From positions 89,218,001 to 89,282,000 of the forward strand of contig OZ260662.1 in assembly GCA_965285935.1 (NCBI GenBank): 64,000 nucleotides of DNA, read 5' to 3'. Below are positions 42,101 to 50,970 of this stretch, in pieces (within the stretch, counting starts at the first letter, position 1; each line of letters begins with the position of its first letter). The translations under genes were made by a program, and so were the position numbers. Source of the DNA: Ophelia neglecta (taxonomy: Eukaryota). The notes beneath the pieces are model-generated. The model saw only the letters and a list, made by a program, of their open reading frames with translations. It made no database searches and was not told where the DNA came from.

Positions 42101-45100
42101 TGACCAAGAAACCGAAACGAGGACGGCTATTCTTAGCAGTCAAGAGATCACATCAAATAACTCACCTTGGGATCTCGACTCCGATAACCAAATGCAAACA
42201 AGTGATCTGACAAAACTGTTGGATATGAGTGGGTTACCTCGCGACACTCTTGTAGCACGATTACTAGAGTCTAACACCGAGGACGACCTCCTGGCGCTCC
42301 GGAATGATCTGCATCTTAAAGCGCGCGAATCACCTCTCTGTCCTGAAGGTAGTCTAGTAGGACGCAGGAGACCGGGGACAGGTGCTGGGGAACCAATAAA
42401 TCTGAAGTTAGCCAAGGACTGCTATGCCCTGATCCTGTTTATTAAGGATGGCTTGCCTGACCAGATACGGGACATCATTAATTCTAAAGTGCCGTTCTCC
42501 GCCAGAGATGAGAGTAGGCCTCTGAGTCAGCTCCAATCACAATCTGAAAATAACGAACAAGCACGGAACGGCGCTGTAAATGATCTGATAAATGGTTTAG
42601 ACATAGACCGTTTTGCTTTAATAATGTCAGAGATTCATGAACTAAAAGAGCGTGTTCAAGAGCTCAATGTAGAAAACAAAGAGTTAAAAAGTAAAATTCA
42701 GAAACTGGAACTTTACACAAACACGTCTAACATTGAAGCCCATTCAGTGAAAAATTATCTTGAAAGCGTAGATAATGTAAACGCTGTCACCATCGAAAAT
42801 GAAGATGAGCCTAATTCTTCCATAACTAATTCGCCACAAAACGACATTCACGATTCGTTTAGACTCCTGACAAATTGGGCAAGTGATGACAGTAGTATGG
42901 CAATAAAGAAAACACCAAAGGACACGAAAAGAGTGTTTGACTCCATCAAAGATGTTAAATCGAATCTAGCTAGGGAATCTTACACCCGAGAACGCGATTC
43001 TAAAGAGATGAAGGATAACTACAGGCGTTTGAAAGACCGTGTTAGTGTGTTAGAAAAGGAATGCGAAGACGAGAAATGACTATGGTCAACAAATGGCCAT
43101 ATCATGTTAAGAATGATGGAAGACATAGAAACAATAGAACGCACTTTTGAGAACAAACTCACTAGGCCCAGAATAGATAATCCGTCAACTCCGCCACATG
43201 AACCGCACGAAATACCAGTAGTTATATCTTCAAGGCCAGCTGAGAAGAGTGTACCTTGTAGTTCCACCACGCCCCTGTTCACCGAAACGAATTTTACCAG
43301 GACCCCATTAAATCGTTCGTCTGATTCAGACAAAATAAAACTATATGTCGGAAACATAGACAATGATGTGGACACTAATTCCTTCCTCGTATATTTGCAA
43401 CGCAAAGGTGTACCTTGCTTAGAGTGGAGCTTGTTCCACAGCCGAAAAACAGGCAGACAAGCCGCCCTGATCAGGGTTCCAGCAAAATGGAAGCAAAGTA
43501 TGCTAAATTCACGTTTTTGGCCGTCTGATGGTTACGCACGGGTATGGTACGAAAGAGACTCTTATAACTCCAATCATGGGTAACAAGAAAGACATAGTGA
43601 TAGGTACTCTTAATTGCCAAGGTATAATGAGAAACGCACCTTTCATCGCCGACGTGTTGGATACATTTAAATTAGACTTTCTCTCAGTGACTGAACATTG
43701 GCTTTTACCCAATAGTCTTAATTTCCTCAAAAGTGTCCATAAAGAGTATGAATACCATGGCGTAGTGCACGAAGGTCTGTCGTGGAATGATACATACAAT
43801 AGAGGAAAAGGGGGTGTGGCCATCCTCTGGAATAAAGCATTGTCCCATATGATCAAAAGGTTGCCGATAACAAGTGATAGAATTGTGGGCATTCAACTTC
43901 GAATAAAAAAAGAAACATACTTCACCTTACTGTCAGTATATCTTCCGTCTTCTTATTCCAGCCTCTCAGACTTTACTGACTATCTAAATGAACTAGAAAC
44001 ATTGAACGCTCAGTATGCAACATACAGTGATGTAATCATCATGGGAGACTTCAATGCGCAAGTAGGGGGTGACAGATCAGCAGTACGTGTAAATAACATT
44101 AGAGACAAGATGGTAGATGATTTCGTGAGACGGTATGAATTCATCTCGTTGCCAGTCGATGCTTTGTGCTCGGGGCCAGTCTTTACATTTTCCCGAGGAG
44201 AATCCAAAAGCTTAAGTGATCACATCCTGGTGAACAATAGAAAAATCGACACTGTGCTGTGGTGTAAAGTTCTCCCTGAAAAGCCATTAATCTAAGCGAC
44301 CACAATGCTGTGATTGCGTCGATTGGTGTAGTTAACTTTAACAAGACAGTTGCGCAACAGACCAAGCTGTGTACTAGAAATGTTTGGCATGCCCTCCCGA
44401 TTAGAGACATAATTCAGACATATGGGAGACAGGTAGAATGTAAATTAGCAACTCTAAATGTTTTACCACTCGCGGTTTCAGCCGAACAGATCGATAAACG
44501 TCATGAATACATTACTGAAACATTAAAACAGGCTGCGCGTGCAACAATACCCCAAACAAATTTTAATAGTGTGTCTAAACCGTACTGGAAATGCAGTGGT
44601 CTGTCTGAGATACACGTCAAGCTTCGAGCAGCAAAAGCCGTGTGGATTCAAGAAGGAAAGCCCAGAGGATGTACTTTTAAATCCTATGTTGACTATAAAT
44701 ACGCTAAAAGGGTATATCGCTGCAAGCGTAGAGCATGCGAAAGGCAAATGCAGTCCGACATTGACAACGAAATAGAGATTGCAGCAGAGACTGATCAAAG
44801 AAAACTAAGTGCTCTTCTTAGGAGAAGTCAAGTTAAAAAGATTGCGCTCAACGAGCTTAAGGTTGGGGACACAGTGATCAGAGAAAGTGACGATGTTCTC
44901 GAGTCGTGGTATACACATTTTAAGGATATATATACAGCAAAAGACTACGCCCAATACGACCAAACTCATGAAATTTACACTAATACCATACTCTCCGGTT
45001 TGAAAACCACTTCAGCCAGTGAAACTGACAAGATAATGTCGGAGCCGTTGACTGAAGCAGAGGTTAAGAAAATGATAGCTAGTTTGAAAATGGGAAAGGC

Positions 45101-48100
45101 ACCCGGTCATGACGCTATTCAAAACGAACACCTAAAATATGGGGGACCTGTGCTAGTAAAAATGTTGTCTGAACTATTCAACAGTATGTATAGAAAGAGC
45201 TACGTACCGTGGGGAATGAAACTCGGCCTGATAGTCCCTCTCTTCAAAGGCGTTAAAAAGCACTCAGATGACAGAAAAAAATCACAGGGGAGTTACCCTA
45301 CTGCCAGCTACATATAAACTCTGGGAGCGATTAACACTGCAGAGATTCAGAGATTGGGTGGAGCATCGCCAAATTGCTTTTCCTCACCCACTGCAAAATG
45401 CCTACCAGAGAAACAAAGACAGCCTTATGACATCTTTGATAACGCAAGAAAGTATCCGACACTTCAGAGAAAGGGGGTCGACTGTGTACGTGTGTCTTCT
45501 GGACTCGAGCATTGCATTCGACTCTGTATGGCATCCGGGTCTCTACATAAATATGCACAAACTTGGAATTCGAGGAAAGTTTTGGCAGCTCCTGTTGGCA
45601 TCTTACACCGGCAGATCATGTCAAATACTCGTGGACGGTGAAAAGTCTCGCAGTTTTGGCTTGGAACAGTCCGTTATGCAAGGGTCGGTCTGGGGACCCT
45701 GGATACTCATGGTTCACTATGACAGTCTACTGTGGAGCCTTCAGAAAAGTGGGTCCGGACTTAATCTGGATGGGGTCTATGTTGGTTGCCCAACTCAAGC
45801 GGACGATACGGTCCTGTTGGCCAGAAGCCCACTAGAGCTGCAAATCATGATAGACTTATGTTGGGACTACGCCTGTAAATGGCGATTCAATTGTAATCCT
45901 GCAAAATCAAAAGTTTTAATATATGGGAAAGGAAACAAGTCTAACCTCGAATGGAAGCTAGACAATTCCATCATACCAATAGTCACAGAGGAGGTTCATG
46001 TCGGAGTTGTGTTGAATAGCTCATTTAGAATGGACGAGCAAGTAAATCGTTCCTGTGGTAAACTCCGAAGTAGATTGTCAGCGGCCCTCCGGCTTGGTGC
46101 TACTCCGGTCACAATGTCTAAAGTTTATAACTCTAACGTTCTCTCCAGTGCAATGTACGGGTGCGAGCTGTGGAATAATTTGACAGCAACGAATGTGAGT
46201 AAACTAGAAGTCGCGCACAGGTACTGCGCAAAATACATCCAGGGATTCCACCGTGGAACGAGAACAGATATAGCGCTTGGAATGATCGGATGGCAAAGCG
46301 CTGTCACATATATAGACATTAAAAAACTACGATTCTTTGGTCGTTTGTGCCATAGCGATCCCGGGGACGTTGTTAAACGAGTAGTCTTGAAAAGACTATG
46401 GAGTACAGTAGCCAAAAAAGCGAACAACGGATTTATAGCTGATTGTGTTGAGCTTTTTAAAAAGTATGGCTCAACAGAATGGCTCATTGATTTTATGTTA
46501 AGATGTCATTTCCCGACCAAGACAGTCTGGTCAAGCCTATTGCTGAAGGCTGTGAACACAAAAGTCAATAGTGATCGTGCCATTGCTTTATCCTCCGAGT
46601 CGTATCTGTCGATATGGCTGAAACTACAAGAAAAGACCCTCGCGAGTGACTCTTCGCCATCACCAGCCGGAATTTGGCAGTACGCGAGGAAAAACCGGGG
46701 ACTTCTGAGATGCGCACGGGATTTTACTAAAATGTATGCTATTCCAAGCTACGCACAGGGACAATGCCATCTCTGCGATCAAACGTTCGATGACATTGTT
46801 ATTCACATGGTATGTTTTTGTGAAGCCTTTTCGGCCGAACGTGATGTGTTTTGGTCGGTTGGACTGAGCACACTTCCTGCTATCATTGAAGTGTATTTGT
46901 GTAATTTGAGTGAGGACGAACTAGTAGAACACCTTCTCGGATACATACCTTATGTTTCACCCTTCGCACCCGACGAACATGATATATTTATGGACTGGTC
47001 AGTCAAAGTATTGCGAACAGTACCAAAACACATTTGGCAGTGCGACGAATGTAAAAAACTGTGCTTTTGAGGATATTAAGTGGAAAAACGACGCTAATGA
47101 CAGCTTCAATATAGGCCTACCGCATACCAGATGGAAATAATTACGTAATATATTTCATCATAGACCCGAGCACGCACTTATAATTCTATAGAAATGCCAT
47201 GCGGTATATGAACTTTATTGTAAATAATATAATGTTAACACGCTTTGGCTGATCATTCCAGACTTCTCTCGTAAAAAAGTGCTACTGGTCAATATACATG
47301 AACATATTTCTTTATATATTGTTAACACATTGTCTAATTCATTACATATTTCGTTCCTGTACTTGGTACTCTTCATATAATGGAGGTAATAAACTAATAT
47401 ATATAATATATATATATATATATCAGCATACAGCCCCTGTGAACCAAGCCCCTGCCAGAATGGTGGAACGTGTTCTCATGATGGAAAAACAGCAACTTGT
47501 TACTGTGCTGTGCCTTGTGTGGATGTGCAGATGAAGTCATGGGAGAATTTTGTGAAAATGGTAAAACCAGTCAAATCAAGTCCGAGACTACCTTAAAAAT
47601 ATTTTCTGGAGATTATCAAGCTTTAAGAGTTCTAGTAGTTATTCTATTGACTAAAACGACTGAATACGAAATACATCAGCGGTATCGGGAACTTCGATAA
47701 GCTTAATCTAATAAAGCTACGTGTAGAAGTATCATGAGCTATAAGTTCATGACTTTCAGGAATTATTTCATTGGGTGAAATTCCCGAAACACTTTCTCCC
47801 CAGAATCAGTAAGTTCAGGAGTTATTTAATTGGTATAAACTCCTGCATGTAACTCCTCGACAATGGAATGATTCGTATTTACATAGAAAATACCGGCCAT
47901 ACGCCCTTAGCATTACGCACAGCTTCCATATAAACCATGAAAATGGATTTATTTGGCATCTTAGACTGTAAATTTACAGATCTGGTGAATTGTAACATAG
48001 ACGATGGCTATTACCCTGACCCTGACGACTGTACAAAATGGAATAGATGTTTTAACGGCGCGCTCATTGACTCGGATAACTGCACAGAGGGACAAGTAGC

Positions 48101-50851
48101 CTCACCAGAACCATTATTGACGTGTGAATATGAGGGTTCCGTCAGCTGTGCCTCTGATGTTATTATACCCACACAGCGTAGGTCTCCTTTATATAATAGA
48201 TTCAGATTCGTACCATACTGGCAGTTTTGTACTCTACAGATAATGATAAAACTAATACTAAAGACCAACACAATGACCGCTCACTGTTATATGTTTTCCC
48301 ACAACTATGTGAATGGAGTAATGATGGTAATATTAAAGAACCATCTGTAGGGGGTTTCTTTTATTGGAAACAATGCAGTTATTTACAACGCCACAAATAA
48401 AGATGTTTTACGGAATTGCTTCTAAATAATCGAGGAAGGCAGTGCAGTTACCCTTTTCTAGGCGTGTGACAGCAGACCTTTGTGATTAAAAACGCCCAGA
48501 GGGACATTAAATCATCAGAAAACATCAGTTAATACAGTCTTAAATTATTTGAGGTACATCTTCTTTTAACAAATATGAAGGCATATAAGTGAAATTCTAA
48601 ATGCGCCTAACGATTTTGCTGTAAATACAGCACCAGTTTTAAGTTGCCTCGACGTCACCTGTGAAAATGCAGCGACTTGTGATGACACTGAGGCCGGCTA
48701 TATGTGTGTATGTCCGTCCGGCTTTACTGGAAGATTATGTGAAAGTGGTAAGTTTCCTATTTGGATATGCGTGCTACATGTGTAAAGGATTATCACATCC
48801 GCCAATCCCAAAATACTAGGGTAGGACAATCTCGTACATGGAAATTCTACAGTTTGGTAAGACCGGAGGACGTTATATACCAGCATTTCCAGACGTGTTC
48901 CCAATTAAGAAAAGAGGCTCCTGGGTTGAGGCAAGGGTTAGTATAGGGCTCCTATGGGACCTTTCAAACAGGGGATTTCCAACAGGGTCTCTGTATTCGG
49001 CGCTGCGTTCATGGCGCTGTTTGTTTAGCGTTATTGCACTTGCCCGCATTGTGAGCGGCAGCTGGGACAGCGGAGTGCCGAATAACGGGAGCGCATCCAA
49101 TACGCATATACCATGCAGTACACTTAAATATATATAATTTCCAAAGTCTAATGCATGCTTCTAGGTTTTCATTTATGAAAAGCAATAACGATGTCTTTTT
49201 GATTTATCTGGCAGAGATTATTGCCTGTGAGAACACAACCTGTGAAAATAACGGTACCTGTGTGAATGGCGCAGACGGTTTTGAATGTAACTGTCCAGCT
49301 AATTACAAAGGGACCAGATGTGAATCTGGTAAGTGCTTCAATAAATCCTTTTTATAATAATATTGCATATTAGTTTCGTTAAAATTCCGTAGCCTGCAGT
49401 TTCCTATGGAATTTATATTTTGAAGAAAGAAGGTTGACAAATGTTTAAAATTAATGTCAGTAATGGAGCCATGTGATTATACCCCGTGTAATAATGGCGG
49501 GACATGCGTCAACCAGGGGGACAACTTCATGTGTTTTTGTGCGGCATGTCCATGTGCCACTCAGAATTCCTCTACTTGCGATGAAGGTTTGATCTTTATT
49601 TGCAAATTTTATCCCCAACACTAGCTATTTAAACAATCTATCATACACATATTATATTCATTTTGATGAGCATGTCCAGATCGATAATTCGACAGCATAA
49701 TAACATCCCTTGTGAACTTTTTAGTGCGAATTTATGGAGTCGGTATATTGGTCGAGCGGGGAGTTGCAAAAATCGAGGGGCGGGAGGTTAACCAGTTCTA
49801 CACTTCCTGATATACACCTCTGGAGTAGGCCCGGTGTAAAAGGAATATATTACTGTTGCTGTGTAATTGGCCTAGGCTTCCAGGGATCATGCCTGTACTT
49901 CTACATTCCTGTTTTTTAAATGAGCAAACGTGTGAAGAAGCAAACTATATAGGAGAATCGTTAAAAACATAGCAATAAATTGCCGCATTAAAGCGGACTA
50001 GAAAGCTCGAGCCCGAAAAACAGTGGCGCGAAATTCCTAAGCCCTAAAAACCGACTGTGCCAAAAACCGCTCGTTTGTAGATGGGGAAGGAATTCGTCAC
50101 TTAAAGAAGAAAAAAGTGTGGTACATACACCATTTACCACATCTTTAAGCGTCGGACCTGGTGGCAGATCTATAATATACTTTTTGCCGAGGCCATCTGC
50201 TCGTTTAACTCACTGCTCGACTTTCCATCTCATCCCTCACTTTTGTAAGTCGCTCCTCATAGCCGGACCAATTTACACTCTCTTATTTATTCCGATCAAT
50301 AACGTTTGGTCTTTAGCCAAATTTATATTGCAAAATAGTATAAAGTCCCTTCTGGTCGCACATTTAGTATGGCCACAACAGTAATGCTACTTGAGAAATA
50401 CTAAACGTATATAATTATATGCATGGTCGTTTTGATAATTATGAGTTTGTGTAAGAAATCAAGTTTATCCAGGATTTTGAATAAAATATGAAATTAATAT
50501 TATCCCATGTGAAGTTGTACAGTGTTTATCCGTGCTCCTATAATATATTCCTCTTTCCGTATTAACGCAGAAAGTATATTTCGTAGAAACGATCGGGACT
50601 CTAACCTAAGAGTACTTTTTCCCCACACAGATTTTATGTCATGCCAGGGAAAGCCGAATGGACACTATCCACACCCTGATGATTGCACTTCAAGGATTAA
50701 TTGCTGGGAAGACCTTATTACGGTCGACCCATGTCCACCTGGCATAGTATTTGACCCCTCTAAAGGCTGGTGTGAAGATCCAGCCAATGTACCGTGTGCT
50801 CAGACCTACATAGACACAACGTCTTCACAAACTGGTAACACGCCTACTTAG
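14978..50851 (+). CDS. Paralog B: type II membrane SEA / mucin / EGF / CBM14 chitin-binding protein (~738 aa counting one copy of the duplicated exons and four intact mucin exons); functional status uncertain
   Basis: Exons join in frame by splice phase: 14978-15131, 15871-15891, 16866-16966, 17157-17230, 18858-19108, mucin exons, 22027-22140, 24161-24280, 24378-24506, 24925-25122, EGF (25576/34295/41463/48631), 49215-49328, 49461-49586, 50631-50851. Confidence 0.75.
15205..15245. repeat. Imperfect (CTC)n microsatellite
   Basis: ctctcttctcctcctcctactcctccttctcctcctcctt; absent after the paralog C exon. Confidence 0.8.
15871..15891 (+). CDS. 21-nt microexon (DEPPNIP stalk)
   Basis: Strong sites ttttgtgttcttgcag / gtaagt, phase 1-1. 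Confidence 0.7.
16866..19108 (+). CDS. SEA domain exons (16866-16966, 17157-17230, 18858-19108)
   Basis: Spliced VIGEMKLVDTTFISEFNDLSSEESTTVTSPFCAA-VARSIKDSKDLSFLYEDDCIVTELR-AGSVIVVFTVSF. Phases 1/0/2/1 fit, and it carries a GSVVV-type motif. Confidence 0.8.
17640..18330 (-). mobile_element. Highly decayed LINE RT fragment (CR1/L2 group) in an intron
   Basis: Remnant motifs QYGFR and ALDNGNCVLALLFLDISKAF on the minus strand. Confidence 0.55.
19975..22131 (+). repeat. 428-bp tandem array, 5 units, each with one Ser/Thr/Pro-rich mucin exon (20076-20192, 20501-20619, 20928-21047, 21356-21475, 21784-21903)
   Basis: Exact 428-bp period in units 3-5. Exon encodes EEISTAGSPEVSGTSLGKQALESTSYDTTARGPTIKPTTI, phase 1-1, gtgagt donor. 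Unit 2 has a 1-nt deletion. Confidence 0.92.
22027..22140 (+). CDS. EGF-like exon
   Basis: EYTDCNNIMCQNNGSCNDSTNQFVCECIPGTTGVYCEI, 114 nt, phase 1-1. Confidence 0.85.
24161..24280 (+). CDS. EGF-like exon
   Basis: [40 protein letters not shown], 120 nt, phase 1-1. Confidence 0.85.
24372..26141 (+). repeat. Host block H1 (1770 bp): EGF8 exon 24378-24506, CBM14 exon 24925-25122, EGF exon 25576-25692 (donor mutated GT>GA)
   Basis: First of four near-identical direct copies, retaining the native upstream flank. Confidence 0.93.
26142..33088 (+). mobile_element. Two-ORF non-LTR retrotransposon copy L-1 (RTE group, RTEX/Proto2-like; clade tentative), interrupted by an L2 element
   Basis: ORF1 26136-29251 (coiled coil plus RRM-like LYVGNID). 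ORF2 from ATG 29244 with APE (TLNCQG, TEHWL, MGDFNA, SDH), RT (HRGVTL, LDSSTAFD, MQGS, QADD) and CHLC..H..C. AATAAA plus (TA)n tail. Confidence 0.93.
27477..29032 (+). mobile_element. 5'-truncated L2-clade LINE nested in ORF1 of L-1
   Basis: Uninterrupted 426-aa RT/C-terminus (QSAYRQQHSTETALL, DLSAAFDTIDH, YADDTQLY, HITPVLRQLHWLPV), L2-type 3' end gtaaagcgcttt..aaagcgctctagaaat and (AAT)n tail. Empty site gacaat|gatgtgg in L-2 and L-3. Confidence 0.95.
33089..34861 (+). repeat. Host block H2: EGF8 33095-33223, CBM14 33644-33841, EGF 34295-34411, all open
   Basis: Direct copy of H1 beginning right after the (TA)n tail. Confidence 0.93.
34862..40252 (+). mobile_element. LINE copy L-2
   Basis: Same 5' and 3' junctions as L-1, no L2 insert, extra +1 A frameshift near 38110. 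Confidence 0.93.
40253..42029 (+). repeat. Host block H3: EGF8 40259-40392 (5-nt duplication, frameshift), CBM14 40812-41009, EGF 41463-41579
   Basis: tgtgc duplicated at 40336-40345. G>V change in CBM14. Confidence 0.93.
42030..47420 (+). mobile_element. LINE copy L-3
   Basis: Almost identical to L-2, period 7168 bp. Confidence 0.93.
47421..49196 (+). repeat. Host block H4: EGF8 47427-47560 (same frameshift as H3), CBM14 47980-48177, EGF 48631-48747
   Basis: Last copy. It continues into the native intron (atgtct|ttttgattt), collinear with paralog A. Confidence 0.93.
49215..50851 (+). CDS. Paralog B 3' exons: EGF 49215-49328, EGF8 49461-49586, terminal CBM14 50631-50851
   Basis: Homologous to 1485-1598, 1732-1857 and 3483-3706, with splice sites intact. 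Confidence 0.85.
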
Positions 50852-50970
50852 AGGGATACATTGGCGACTTGAACTACAATTGATATGTCGCTGACTGATC
50901 ACTTTAAATAACGTGAACTACCTGCAGGCAATAAACTGTTTTACCGCAGAAATCGCTGAAGTCGCTCTTG

